Shown here: positions 1 through 18,679 of the stretch, in pieces
How positions within the stretch are numbered: the stretch's first letter is position 1
How the letters are laid out: every line of letters begins with the position of its first letter
NCBI RefSeq assembly: GCF_009914755.1
Contig: NC_060934.1
Origin: the human T2T-CHM13v2.0 reference genome, Homo sapiens
Length of the DNA stretch: 64,000 bases
Reading direction: 5' to 3' (one strand)
Made by a program: the position numbers and the translations under genes
The notes under the pieces: model-generated
Database searches by the model: none
What the model was told of the DNA's origin: nothing
The model's input: the letters and a program-made list of their open reading frames with translations, nothing else

Positions 1-106
1 GTTTCACTGTGTTAGCCAGGATGGTCTCGATCTCCTGACCTCGTGATCCGCCCGCCTCGGCCTCCCAAAGTGCTGGGATTACAGGCATGAGCCACCGCGC
101 CCAGCC
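1..106 (-). mobile_element. Alu (Y-like), left arm, cut by the window edge
   Basis: ttagccaggatggtctcgatctcctgacctcgtgatccgcccgcc. Confidence 0.93.
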
Positions 107-107
107 A

Positions 108-376
108 CAGATGACCATCTTCTTGCTGTGTCTTAACCACTTGGCCACCTCGTCACTATTGTCTTGCTGTGTCTTTATATGGTGGAAAGGACAAGGGACC
201 TTATGTGAGTCTCTTTGATAAGGACAGTAATCCCAGCCATGGGGCCCCTACCCTCATGACCTAATCACCTCTCAAAAGTCTCACCTTGTAATGGTTCCAT
301 TACAAACCATTGCCTTGGGGGTTCAGATTTCAACACAGGAATTTGGGTTAGGGCCACAAATATTCAGTCTATAGCA
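108..376 (-). mobile_element. MaLR LTR fragment (MST/MLT1-like)
   Basis: ccctcatgacctaatcacct...tttcaacacaggaatttgg...attcagtctatagca. Confidence 0.7.
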
Positions 377-853
<477 letters not shown>

Positions 854-1880
854 TTTCTTAATATTTTTTACCTGCTTTCTTTAATTCTGATTGTGCATTT
901 AGAACTTGAGGGAAAATCAGTCTCATTTTGGACAGTGTTGATTTATTTCTTTTCTAAGGTCAAATTGCAAGAGCAGAACGGCTATTACCTTCCAGCCTCT
1001 ATCTGTTTGGCTGTTCTTGTCCCATAATGATGATGACAATTAGAAAAATGATTAGGATGATAAAATATATTGAGGGCTTACTTTGTCCCACGCATGATTT
1101 GAAACACTTTAACATATTGTAAGTCATTTTATCTTCACAATCATTCTATGGAGATTGTTGCCCTAATTTTACAGATGAAGAAACTGAGTCACAGAGAAGC
1201 AGACCCATAAAACGATGCTGGGGTGGACAAGATCATTTCATTCAATGCTTACTTTCACCAATGAGGGAAAGGAGCCCCCGAGGGGAGATGCCTCAGGTCG
1301 TAAACCAAGCTGGGGTGAACTTGCAGGCTTCCAGACGTCTGGAATCCCCTGGCCCCATGCTCTTGCTGCCTCTAAGACAGGATTCCATTCATTTATTTTG
1401 TTTATCCCAGTGACCCAGGCAAAACCTCATCTGAGAGGCTTCTGTGCTGCGTCTGAATCCAGCTGGATCTTCCTGGTCGTCCTCCTGATCATTACTGAGG
1501 CAGGACTGAGCTGAAATATGATGGGGGAGGATTACAGGTTTGGCTCTAGGATTTTGTGAAAACACATGGAAGTAGCATATTAGTATTAGTCAAGGACTGA
1601 AAGAGCCTTTTTAAGAACTTGAGATAAATTTTAGCAAAATCAGGTTGCCCCGAGGAGCATTCAATGTACCGTGAGAGAGTCTGTCAAAAAATTACGTTTT
1701 TTTTCCCCTTGTTCAGTTTATTTAAATAGTAAAAACCTGGAGTCTGCATCGCTTGCAAACTTGCACCCTTGAAATGATGAGTCAGATCCTATGTATGGTG
1801 AGCCTGTGTTTTTCATTACGTTCCCTTACTCGTTAGGGTTTGCAGTTAGTCCACGTTACACGTTTCCTTCGTGTTTTTCT

Positions 1881-1895
1881 TGAACTTCATGAACT
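1881..1895 (-). promoter_or_regulatory. Perfect DR3 nuclear-receptor element AGTTCA-tga-AGTTCA
   Basis: Plus-strand tgaacttcatgaact; motif match only. Confidence 0.45.
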
Positions 1896-3018
1896 CTGGC
1901 GTTTCATTTCACGGATGTATATCCAAGGGAAAAGTAGCCTTCCTTTGATCTTCCTCAGGACCCCATTATGTTTAACCTAAGAAAGATTAGGGAGTTTTCA
2001 TTCAACGCTGAACAAACACAAAATTCAGCTGCAAAAATGGCGAGTGCTTAATCTATTTACAACGTCAACTCCATTATGAACTAATTCCACAGCAAGCCGA
2101 CTTTGAAAAGAATTCTTCTGAATGGAATTCCCATCTGCCTTTGGAGGCTGGATGCATATGGTCCCAAGTACTAAATGTTTTAGCCTCACAAAGGAATCTG
2201 TTTAGCACAAAATATGTACACCGTAGAGGGTGTTTAAACTTTGAGATCACCGTGGCTGTTGGTTCCCTAGATGGGAGTCGAGTTGCTCTTTGTGCCCACT
2301 CTGTCTCCCCGAACAGAATGGGCAGTTTCTGGAAAGTTCCCTCACCTTCTAGTTGTGTTTGTCACAACATCTGCTTCACGGTGGTGAAACAAGTCAGCTC
2401 CAGTCCTAGGACAAACAATCCTGTGAGCTGGGGTGAGCTTGGAAGGGCAAAAAGCTGCCACTTGGCCAGCACTTGGACGCCAGACAGCTCAGCTTCCCTC
2501 TGCCCATTTGGGGTTTCCCAAATGGGTTTTTGAAACTGTCCATCTTTTAAATAGCCCTTTAATGCAACATGCAGGTCCAATTGTGACATATTTTTTTTTC
2601 TAGTCTTAAAACGAGAAAGGAAGAACAAAACAAAATCAAGTGTTAGCCTGTCAGGATTTTCAGTTCCCTGTCATGTCATGGCATTGATGGAAATTTATTT
2701 TCCTAATGAAGGCTCCAGCGCTAATGGTGGCACTTGCTAGAAACAGTTAGGACTAAGTGTTATTTAATTCACGGTGAAGCGACAATCTGACTGGACTGTG
2801 ATTAGTTCCAGCTTTTAGCTATCATTTATAGGTCACCAGGTGGCTAACAACCTCAATTGAGAGACCATTATCTTTTGACAAGATGAAGCTTTTTTTTCTG
2901 GGGGATAGAAGGGGAGAGAGAGGAGTTCCACCCAGAAAGCCCAGCTCCTTGCTCTCCATGGGAATAACTTCATTCCTACGAAAGCTTTGCTGCTACTTAC
3001 TCAAAGGTTCCACGCTAC

Positions 3019-3414
3019 AGTCACACACTGTTTAAGACCAGGATATGTTATGAGAAATGTGTTATTAGGTGATTTTGTTATTGTGTAAACATCATAGAAG
3101 GTATTTACACAAACCTAGATGATACAGCCTGCACACACCTCGTCTCTATGGTACAGCCAGTTGCTCGTAGACTACAAACCTGTCCAGCATGTTACTCTAC
3201 TAAACGCTGCAGGTAATGTAATACAATGGTAGGTATTTGTGTATCTAAACATCTTAATGTAGAAAAGGTACTCTAAAAACAGGGTATTATACACCTACAG
3301 TTTGGGCATCAGGGTGAGGCCTTCTCTCCAAAAAAAATATTATAATCTTATGGGATCACTATTATACCATCCAGTCTGCCGTTGACCAAAACGTTGTTAT
3401 GTGGCACAAGACTA
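3019..3414. mobile_element. Tigger3/MER7-like DNA transposon (TcMar) with a small insert near 3300-3338
   Basis: gagaaatgtgttattaggtgattttg...acacaaacctagatg...ctacaaacctgtccagcatgttact...cgttgaccaaaacgttgttatgtggc. Confidence 0.75.
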
Positions 3415-4872
3415 CAGTAGATTCTGGTTAGGTATCATGAAGTCAAAGAAGGAAAAGACTTTCCTCATAGCCACTCATTTATCCACTCAGCAACTCTTCC
3501 TTGAGGGAGTCATTGCAGGAGGGTGTATTGGTAGGGTTCCCTGGTACGAAGGCTAATATTCGGCCTGCACATACTGGTATGGCTGTTGTAGTTTTTTTGT
3601 GTGTGTTTTTTTTTAATAGTGTATCCACCATGATAGGTTGGCACATCTATTCTGATTGGTTGGTGCCAGTGCCATACTGATTGTTAAAAATTCCAAATAA
3701 CACCCTTGCCTGGAGTGTTCTTTTATGACGCTTACTTTTTCTGCAAGAAAATGCCATTTTCAGTTAAATTCCCTTTCATCATTAGAGTGTCTCCTTTATT
3801 AGATAAAAGCTGTAGACTCTTACTTAAGGTCTAAGCAAGATGACATGACGTTGTTAGAAAGTAGTAGTTTGGGTGTAGGTATAATATGATTTGAAAAAAT
3901 TGGAAGGTTATATGTGCTTGGGGGCCTGGACCCAGAAGAGCTGGCTGCTCTTCTTGAGGGCCATGGCAATACTCAGTCAGCCTCCTAAGACAGAGGTCTA
4001 CAGGGGGAGCCTGAATAACAAATAAGAATTATAGCCTCTGTTCCACTGGAACAATGCAATCGTTCCTGCTACCACCCCACACACAGCAACCTGCACCATG
4101 CTGCTCGGAGTGGCAAGAGCTGACCTCTTCCTACCCCCTGAAACTGGGATCCTCCTTCTTTCCTTCTGGGTCTTGGGAAGGTGGGAGACAGCCTTACATC
4201 TTAATCTTGCTTTTGCTTCCCTTCTATATGTGAGTCTGTGTTTTCTGTATAAAAGTCCCACGGTTAAAAGGAAAAGAACCTTTTTTTAGTTATACTTTTG
4301 GAACCAGAACATCTGACTTTAACCAGTCAAATGCAATGCCTAAAGCTACCTGCTGGGCATTGGGAGTTGTGAAGGCACTTTACACACATGCTGCCATTCA
4401 TCCCTCACCTCAATCCAGGGAGACAGGCATTATTTCTCCCAAGTCCTGGAGGAGGCTGGGGCAAGACCTGGGATGCAAACCCAGGCCTGCTGTTTCATGG
4501 GACAGATCTTACAGGTGCTACCTCTGCCCTAAGGGGGCTTACAGTCAGTTGGGAAGATGAGCCATGCCCATATAGCTGCAAGGTGAAACTAAGTATCACA
4601 ATGTTTGTCAAACTTGAGGTCCTGGTTTTACCCCCCAAAAATTGTAATGAACCTCCAGTGTTGACTTACATTCATAAATTATTTAAATATGCACAAATAC
4701 AAACTTTGCATATATTTCTTATACTACTAATAATTTGGTGCATTTCCTTATATATGTACCTCAAGTATTTGGGACTTTACTTTAAATCGATTTATAATTA
4801 TGATCTTCAAAAATTTCCCATACGCTAACATTTTCCTATGCCAGTCACAAAATTTAGAAAATTGTTATTCTG

Positions 4873-5269
<397 letters not shown>

Positions 5270-5481
5270 AAATTGTTATTCTTTTTCATTTTGCATCAAC
5301 ATATGGGACTTCATTATATATTAAATGATTCCCCTAAAAGTGGGCATTTAGGTTGTTTCTGATTTGTGCCATGATAAAGCACACTGTAACATACGTTTTT
5401 CCACATGAACCTTGGCTGCCTTTCTGATTATTTCCTTGGAGTTAATACTCAGGAGTGAAATTACTGGTTCAAAGGGCATAA

Positions 5482-6201
<720 letters not shown>

Positions 6202-6738
6202 AGAAAGTGGCATTTGAACCAGAACATCGAGGGTAGGCAGGAGTTCCACCAATGAAGGCAGGGGTGCCATTGAGAAAGGAGGGGACAAGGTGTATGGGAG
6301 ATGATAAGCATTCAAATTCAGCAATATTGGAGAATATCCTGTGCATTGCCTCCCAGCGATTTTGTGTATTGAATGCTAGGATTTGGAGCAGGACATGAAG
6401 GGAATTAAAATATTCAAAACGTGAAACAACTTAGCAATGACACTGACACAATCACCGTTGCGGTTTAACTTTGTCTAAGTGTCTAAAAGCATTGTCGTTA
6501 TTGTACCATTTCTTACTCCCCTCAGCTCTGTGTTGCCGTTTGAATAGAGCTGTTTACTGATCTTACTGTGGTCTCTCATATAACAGGACAGTGTTCTCAC
6601 ATGTTCTAGAACATGCTGTCTTTCATGTTGACATGGAGTCACACTGTGTTGCTGTCACTCATTACTTGACAATCGCAGCCCTATGTTCCTCTTGACAGAC
6701 CTCCCACTGGTGGTATAGATTTATGGTTAAGAGAAGCT

Positions 6739-7116
<378 letters not shown>

Positions 7117-7141
7117 TTAATTTCTTCAACTGTAAATGGGG

Positions 7142-7493
7142 TGATATGGCTTGGCTGTGTCCCCACCCAAATCTCTTCTTGAATTGTGATCTGAATTGTA
7201 ATCCCCAGGTGTCGAGGGAGGGACCTGGTGGGAGGTGACTGGATCATGGGGATGGCTTCCCCCATGCTGTTCTCATGATAGTGAGAGAGTTCTCACAAGA
7301 TCTGGTTGTTTGCTAAGTGTCTGGCATCTGCCCTGTTTGCTCGCTCTCTCCTGCCACCTTGCCTTCCACCATGATTGTAAGTTTCCTGAGGCCTCCCCAG
7401 CCATGCAGACCTGTGAGTCAATTAAACCTCCTTTGTTTATAATGTGCTTTGTCTGAGGTAGTATCTTTATAGCAGTGTGAAAACGGACTTACA
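7142..7493 (+). mobile_element. THE1/MST solo LTR inserted in a MIR
   Basis: tgatatggcttggctgtgtccccacccaaatctc...gtttcctgaggcctccccagccatg...caattaaacctc. Confidence 0.9.
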
Positions 7494-7569
7494 CCTGGGG
7501 TTGAGAATGTGACCTATGTTTATAGGGCTTCCTCATCCTTAAGTAAGTTAATACATATAAACCACTTAA

Positions 7570-8219
<650 letters not shown>

Positions 8220-8399
8220 AACTGTTAGCTTTTATTTATAATGTTATATTCAGTTTGACCTACTGGCTAAAATTGGGCAGCATATTTATAAAGGGTATAT
8301 GGCCAAGAGGTATGCCAGGGCATTCTCTTCACTGAAAAAACAAGGCCAGAAAAATGCCTCCTTCCTCACTTGACCCACAGTTACAACAAACAGCCAGGT

Positions 8400-8934
8400 G
8401 TAAAGGTGAAACATTTTTATTTAGTTTCATTACAGAGGTTAAATAGACTTTTATGACATCCATACAAAATATAGCAATGGTTGTGGGCATAAATAAGAAT
8501 TGTTCTAACTATTCTAACTGATTTTATAATGCACAGCTCTTTCAGTTGATTACAAATATGAAGTATATCACCTCAGGATGCAGAGATTTTTGAATTCTAT
8601 TTAGCAATTTCCAAAAGCTGAAGTCTAGAACCGAAGACACATATAAAAAGATGATTTTTAAATGGAACCAGCCACCTTGAAAAATATTTTGAAAAACATG
8701 ATTTAAACTTTAGAAAATAAAACTTTTAATACTTAAGAGATAACATGATGCAAACGTTGCTTGTTGGCCTGACTTTCCAGGACTAAGACCCTCTGGGAAT
8801 CAATGGGGCTCGGTGACATGGCGTAACCTGCTACTGGGGTGTGGTCTCAGACACAAAATCACACTGGATGTTGGTCTACAGAGGCAGGATTCTCTCATTG
8901 CTGGATGACTCTTGAAATGAAGCCTTTGCCTTTG
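8400..8934 (-). other. MYOF: MYOF 3' UTR (about 530 nt)
   Basis: AU-rich unique sequence between the stop codon and the poly(A) signal; end position approximate. Confidence 0.88.
8416..8421 (-). terminator. Polyadenylation signal AATAAA of MYOF
   Basis: Plus-strand tttatt; TGTA motifs upstream and a GT-rich tract (ctgtttgttgtaactgtg) about 30-45 nt downstream in sense. Confidence 0.9.
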
Positions 8935-8973
8935 TTACACATTTGGCTTTACAATCTTCATTGACAAATAGTT
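8935..8973 (-). CDS. MYOF: MYOF last exon, coding part (NYLSMKIVKPNV*)
   Basis: ttccag|AAC TAT...GTG TAA; 39 nt including stop. Confidence 0.97.
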   Translation of the reverse strand, partial: NYLSMKIVKPNV

Positions 8974-9031
8974 CTGGAAAGGAAACAAAAACAGTGGTAA
9001 AAAAACATGTATGTATATATGTTTTTCAGTT

Positions 9032-9257
9032 AGGGTTTCTCAATCTTGAGAAAAAATTGACATTTTGAACCAGATGATTCTTTCTTGTTGGGGAGTGTCC
9101 TGTGCATTGTAGGATGTTCAGCAGCTTTCACTGGCCTCTACCCACCGAGTGCCAGTAGCACCCCCCCCCAAGTTGTTGCAACCAAAATGTCTCCAGACGT
9201 TGGCAAATGTCCTCTTGGGGGTGGGGAGCAAAAATCTCCCCTAATTGGGAACCACTA
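9032..9257. mobile_element. MER20 DNA transposon (hAT-Charlie)
   Basis: ggtttctcaa...tgtcctgtgcattgtaggatgttcagcagc...ggcctctacccac...aatgtctccagac...gggaaccact. Confidence 0.85.
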
Positions 9258-9258
9258 G

Positions 9259-9569
9259 TTTATTTTTATTTTTATTTTTATTTTGAGATGGAGTCTTGCT
9301 CTGTCGCCTAGGCTGGAGTGCAGTGGCGCGATCTCGGCTCACTGCAACCTCCGCCTCCCAGGTTCACGCCATGCCATTCTCCTGCCTCAGCCTCCAGAGC
9401 AGCTGGGACTACAGGCGCCTGCCACCATGCCCAGCTAATTTTTTATATTCTTAGTAGAGATGGGGTTTCACTGTGTTAGCCAGGATGGACTCTGTCTCCT
9501 GACCTCGTGATCCGCCTGCCTCGGCCTCCAAACATGGTGGGATTACAGGCGTGAGCCACCACGCCCTGC
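9259..9569 (-). mobile_element. Alu (Y/Sc-like)
   Basis: Full dimer, TSD aaccact(a/g)gttta. Confidence 0.92.
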
Positions 9570-9596
9570 AGTAACCACTGGTTTAAACCAATAGAA

Positions 9597-11021
<1,425 letters not shown>

Positions 11022-11992
11022 TGAATGTCTCCTGTGACATTCAGTGCCACTGGCCCAACTTCTGAGCATGGCTTCCTCTGCCTGGACTATCCCTTCTCCA
11101 CTTGGCAAACTTGAATGTCCCCTCCTTGGAGGAACTGTCTTAGCAGGGGGTGCCCACGGTTGTTTGTTTCTGTCTCCATAACAGCTCACCTCCCTTAGTC
11201 ATGTGTCCTTGTTCCCGTGGCTGCCTGTTCCCAGAATATGAACTGCTCTTGGGCACAAATCATGCCAATAATTTAATCATCACTATAACTTAATTCCTAG
11301 CCTGTCGTAGATGCGCAATACATCCTCTGGATGGAGGAAGGGAGGTACTACTTCTAGGCAAGCTGCCAAATCTCCCACTTGGACTCCCGTTTATGACTGG
11401 GGTGATTAGGGGAACATTTAAGGGGGAGGTTATACGTGACATGAGCCTTAAAAAATGAGTGAGGTTTTGATAGATAAATGTGGACAGAGAAACAAAATTG
11501 GCAAAGGCATCCAGATAGGTAAGGGCAATAATATTTGGGGAGGTTGGGATCAATGATCTAGTTTGGGTGGAACACAAGGTATATGTAGACCCACAATGAA
11601 CCCAGATTTGGGGATTCTTGAAGCTAGGACAAGGAATTAGGATGCAGGATGGTTTGGAACAAGAAAGTCTGAAGGCAGGAAGATCAGCTGGAAACGCTGG
11701 CCATAGTCCAGACACACACTGACCGAGACCTGAGTGATTTCTCCTAGAATTCCTGAAACCAAAGTTATTTTCAGATCATAAAGAAAAGTTCTGCCCGTAA
11801 TTTGTGAAACCCTGAGAATGTGATTCTAATTACAAGACACATTACTTTAAATTTCCCCAAAGCAGAAGGGTTACAACCCCATGCTGCTGAGCGGGTCATT
11901 CTTCTGCACAGTGGTCAGGGCAGATGCCAAGGGAGAGGACCAACTGCAACTCACAAGAAAGCCAAGACAAGGGGCCAAGGAAGGGCTCCTAC

Positions 11993-12140
11993 CGGCAAAG
12001 AGTAGAGGAGCACGGCCACGAAGAGCAGCAGGATAAGCAGGAACAGCAAGCCGATGATGACCCACTTAAAGCGGCGCCACACGATGAACTTCATGGTCTT
12101 GCATGGGTTGGTGAACCAGAGGAAGGAGGTTTCTGGTCGA
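11993..12140 (-). CDS. MYOF: MYOF exon ~53 ([10 protein letters not shown]...[24 protein letters not shown]; transmembrane anchor)
   Basis: cag|T CGA...CCG|gtagga; 148 nt, phase 2-0; long hydrophobic run. Confidence 0.97.
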
Positions 12141-12506
12141 CTGCATTGCAAAGAAACAGTATCACCTACCCAACTCAGGAGGGATGCATATTTTATTCCA
12201 GAGCATAACACAGTTTCAGGAATAAAGAATCACATTAATAAGGTCAAGAAAAGATACTGTTCCCCTTCGTTGACTGAGAAAGGCTCTTTAAGCTATGACA
12301 GCTTCCTAAGATGCTGAACTTTGGTTTCCTGGAAAGGAGAATTCTTAAAATGAAGCCAGATCACCAACCTCTCCACCCCCACCCACCACTATTAAATACC
12401 AGATTAGGAGGACCACAAAAGCTAATCCATCCCATTAAGCCAATGGGAAGGGGGGCTCTCAGCCTGCAGGTGTTTGGGGAGTGGGAGAACAAAGAAGGCC
12501 TCTCAC

Positions 12507-12616
12507 TTTGGTAAGTCCAGCTTGGGGTTCATGTTGGGTTCGTCCCGCCCCTTCCCGGCTGGCCTCTCGTCGGCCTCCTTCTCGTTGAGGATTTCCAATG
12601 TCATCTCCACTTTCCC
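12507..12616 (-). CDS. MYOF: MYOF exon ~52 ([10 protein letters not shown]...[18 protein letters not shown])
   Basis: aag|GGG...CCA AA|gtgaga; 110 nt, phase 0-2. Confidence 0.96.
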
Positions 12617-13242
12617 CTTCAGTAAAGCAGAGCAGGTTAAACATATGACATCATGTTTCACAAATATTTTTACTTCAACCCAAGGAGTATTCCCCGAGCA
12701 ATGATTTTTATTCTTGTAAAACAATCCTTAGATTGCCTTCAATTTTCCTCAAGAGATTTCATCCCATTTCCTCTTCCATGTGTTTCTGAACTGACTCTGT
12801 GTGGGAAACTTTGAGGACAAATTGCTTCCCCCACTCCCTACTTTTCATTTTCTGTATCCCCCTCACTCTAACATTCTCACATTGGTCTCCTTGTCTCCCC
12901 ACACACCTTCCTATGTAACTTCACTTGGACCCAGACTAACCTGAATACCACTAATAACAATATCTAACATTTATTGAGCATTATTGTAGGCTCCCAGTAA
13001 GAGAACAGAGCCATATCTCTTCATGCCTATCAATCATTGTCACCTACTGTGCACAGTGGCTGGCATTCAGTAGGTACTCCATGTACACTAGCTCAATAAA
13101 TGAATGAATGAGTGAGTGAATGAATGTTTTCTCCCTGCTCACGGGTTCCTGAGTGATGTTCCCAGCACCGTTTAAATGTTCTACATGGGTTATCTCATGT
13201 AATGCTCATGGCAACCCTACAAAGGTACTATTATTGTCCTCA

Positions 13243-13580
<338 letters not shown>

Positions 13581-14309
13581 AAACCTGCCCACTTTTATAG
13601 TGAGCCATACCTAAGATTGTAACAGACTTTGTAACAGACTTTCTAAGAGCCAGGAAAGGCAGCAAGGTCACCAACAATTTGGGAAGCCCTGGCCCTGAGT
13701 AGAGCCCTGATGACCTCTACCCTTACAAGTCAGACAAAGCTGGGTTTCTGACTTTGGCAAGTTGCTCGATCTCTCCAAGACTGTTTTTGGAATCGCTAAA
13801 GTGGGGACAATGTCTACTTCATGGCGTTGTCAGCAGAACTAAGTGAGGTTATGTGCAAACTGCTGTATTGTAACGGAAAGCAGGTCAGTGGTTTCCTGGG
13901 ACCAGGGAGGGAGGGAGCAATGGACTGCAGAGAGAGAGCACAAGGAAATTTTGGGGGTGATGGGAAGGTTCTGGATCTTGATTATGGTTCAGTGAGTGTC
14001 TACATCTGTCAAAAGTCATCAAATTGTGTACTTTAAATGAATACAGTTTATGTAAATTATACACCAAGGTTGTTTTTAAAAAGATTATGAATGTAAGGTA
14101 CTTGGCATGCTGCCTGGTTCAAAATTAATGATCAAAAATGTTAGCTATTTTTAATAATGCATAATGAACTAGGTAGTCTTTCGTGATATGGCATGGTAAC
14201 CCACACTATTGCTTCTAGATCAAAATACATCTTGAGTTCCTCAACTTGCTTGTAATTTATGGCCTTCTTATTCAACTAATGCCAGCACACCTTGCTTCTT
14301 CCACCTCTC

Positions 14310-14609
<300 letters not shown>

Positions 14610-14986
14610 CTACCTTTTTTTTTTAATGAGAAAAATTCAAATGTGAAGTTCCCTTTTCCATACGAAATTGTACTAGAAGCCTAGCATTAATTAACTTCCC
14701 TGATGAAGAAGAAAGGAAAATATAGTGAAACCACCTGGGCTTCTAGTTTTTGACCATTCCAACTTCTTCACCTTCCTCCAACTCCAAACACATGCTCACA
14801 GCATCTCCCACCTTATATTGTAAGACAAAGGCAAACATATCCCAAAGACAAACTGTTCCCATAACTTAAACTCCCACCAATTTAAAACTTCCTCATTTTA
14901 TCTGGAGTAAGTCTATGGATAAAGGGCAAAACCTAAATGATAAAAGGCATAAACGATTTTCAACCAGAACCAGGAAATGTTCATAC

Positions 14987-15177
14987 AGCCATTACGCGGG
15001 CGCCATCTTTCTCTGCGTAGCATGGCCACCATCCTTTCATGGACTTCTGCTCAAAGAGGGAGGCTGTCTTGGCTTTAAGGGGGTTCATGGCTTTGAGGTC
15101 CGGAATCATGTCCAACCTGCATTTCTCTGGTGATTTTGCAGGAATGATCGTGTGACGCAAGTCAAGTTCTAGGAAAC
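14987..15177 (-). CDS. MYOF: MYOF exon ~51 (GFLELDLRH...KGWWPCYAEKDGARVMA)
   Basis: tag|GT...GCT|gtatga; 191 nt, phase 1-0. Confidence 0.96.
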
Positions 15178-15585
15178 CTAGCCAAGGAAACAACAGTAAG
15201 TCCAAATGAGCTTCAAGTGGATCAGCTGTTGTTCACAAGTGAACAGAACGTTCTTATCAGGAGAGAGGCACACAGTGATTTTGAACAGGTAAATGGTGAG
15301 TTAGAGAAAGGGAGCCTGGTGGACATTTAAAGTCTTTCCAGTTAGGAAGGAAAATGGCCGAAGAAATAGCCGTCCACTGCACAGCATCTCCTGTTTTCTT
15401 TCTCAAAGATATGAGCATAAACAGAGTTCTTTAAACTCAAAGTAATGAAATATCTACAGACACAATTTTCACTCAACTCAAGGCCCTTGGATGTGAAATG
15501 TTTTCCTTTTAGTTCTGAGCTGCCCTGAGCAGAGAGGTCATTTGGCTTTGGGTAAAGACAATAGGTGCTTAGAACACAGGATGCT

Positions 15586-15889
15586 GGCTGGGCAAAGTGG
15601 CTCACGGCTGTAATCCTAGCACTTTGGGAGGCTGAGGTGGGCAGATCACTTGAGGTCAGGAGTTCAAGACCAGCCTGGCCAACATGGTGAAACCCCGTCT
15701 CTACTAAAAATATAAAAATTAGCCGGGCACGATGGCACACATCCGTAATCCCAGCTACTCAAGAGGCTGAGGCACAAGAATCGCGTGAGCCCAGGAGGCA
15801 GAGGTTGCAGTGAGCAGAGATCGCACCATTGTTCTCCAGCCTGGGCAGCAGAGCGAGATTCTGTCTCAAAAAAAACAAAACAGAAAACC
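15586..15889 (+). mobile_element. AluS
   Basis: TSD aacacaggatgct. Confidence 0.92.
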
Positions 15890-16069
15890 AACACAGGATG
15901 CTGCATGAAATGTGCATGTCCAAGACTCTCCTAGTAAAACCTCAGAAACAGAAGCTTGAGAAGGAACATGACTCAACAGAAAACGCTCACCAGGAACTGA
16001 GACTCCTAGCCTCAATCAGAGTGTCTGGAGAAGCACATTGTCCCTTCTATGATGTAAGGCATTCACTCT

Positions 16070-16359
<290 letters not shown>

Positions 16360-16732
16360 TAACTCTTTAGTACCACTTCCACGGTAAGGGAAAAGTGTGT
16401 TTTGGGCTTGGGAACTCCTGTGAGCCCTTTCCTTAAGAAAATGGTATCTGTGATGTGGGGTCAAGTCTATGGATGACTGGGGCAAGAGTCTGGCCTTCAG
16501 CAGTGGCAGCAAAGAGCAACAAGGAGGTTGTGGCATTTTCTCTTTAAACTGTCAGGCTCAGGGACTACCCTTCAGCATATAGTGGACCCATAAGACACGT
16601 GACCTTAGCCTTTCTTGACCTATGACTGCTTTTGTCTCCCCTCTCCTTTTGGTTATGTGCTCACTTGGCATTTTGAGACACAGTCATTCTCTTTATTTGT
16701 TGTCTGATAGTTTTGTTTAAATTCCAAGGGAA

Positions 16733-17026
16733 GGCCAGGCATGGTGGCTCATGCCTGTAATCCCAGCAATATTGGGAGGCCGAGGTGGGCAGATTACTTG
16801 AGCTCAGGAATTTGAGACCAGCTTGGGCAACATGGCAAAACCCTGTCTCTACAAAACATACACAAAATTATCCAGGCTTGGTGGCACGTGTCTGTGGTCC
16901 CAGCTACTTGGGAGGCTGAGGTTGGGAGGATCGCCTGAGCCCAGGAGGTGGAGGTTGCAGTGATCCTAGATCATGCCACTGCACTCCAGCCTGGGTGAGA
17001 GAGTGAGACTCTGTCTCAACAAACAA
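16733..17026 (+). mobile_element. AluJ
   Basis: Dimer with J diagnostics. Confidence 0.88.
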
Positions 17027-17805
17027 AGCCAAGGGCAAACCCTTTATTATCCTAGAATTTACTATCCATATACTTTATGTAAGCCTACTTGCATACTCAT
17101 TTATTTGCTGACCTCTTAACTAAGCACTTAGTCAAAACCATTGCATTAGGTACTGTGCGGGGAAAAGGGATAAATAAGACACAGCCTTTGGTGGGTGTTT
17201 CCTCTGCCAGGAGGGACCCCTGGAAGCAGCGTGGAAACAGGGAGACCAGTCAGGGGCTACTGTAACATGTGGCTAGCAGAAAGTGAGTTTCAACTGGCAA
17301 GTGGCAGAGATCACAGGACTAAGAAAATAAGTGTGCGTGATAAAACAGATGACATTGCTAGAATGGAGTGGCTGGCGGGGCGTGGGGAGAAAAGAGAGGA
17401 GGAAAACCACAGAGGACTCCGGGTGCTTTCGCCTGGGTGGCTGGGGAAATGGAGGGGTTGTGAGCTGCTAAATAAGTTCCTGAGGAGAGCAGGGGTGAGG
17501 TCAGGGAAGAAATGCTGAGTGAGATTTCAGTCACAGTACAGGCTCACTGCCAGCCAGATATAAAGGTGGGAGGTTCTGGCCAGGAATCAGGAATGACCCT
17601 CACAACGATTTCCTTTGACTGTACTGCAGGCACTATGAGAGCGCAGGCTACACGTCCTGGTTTAGGAGCCATACTTTGTGGAAAGGTGAGAGTTGAAGCA
17701 TGACCTTCCACTGAGGTGAGAGTGGGTAAATCCTTGGAGGGGGTGGTTGGCGGGTTGGAGGAGAGCAGAAGAACCTCAGGGAAGGCCTGTATTCAAAAAG
17801 TGGGA

Positions 17806-18471
<666 letters not shown>

Positions 18472-18679
18472 TCACCAGAGCCCTTGAAAAGGGATGGCAC
18501 TCACTGTCAGGCTGCACTGCCAAGAGCTCACACAAGCACTGGGTGTATCCCCTGTCCCCCCACCAGGCCCCCATTACCAAAAAGTATTGAAGATTTAAAG
18601 AATTGCTTCCAAGTTTTCATTGACCCCACTAATTCCAAGTACAGTTTCTTAGAAACAATGATCCAAATGTAAGCCCTAC

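Noticed and set aside
11951-12211. ORF suggesting an alternative hydrophobic C-terminus (...[17 protein letters not shown])
   Set aside because: Simple read-through of the exon 53 donor; I found no supporting nearby poly(A) signal
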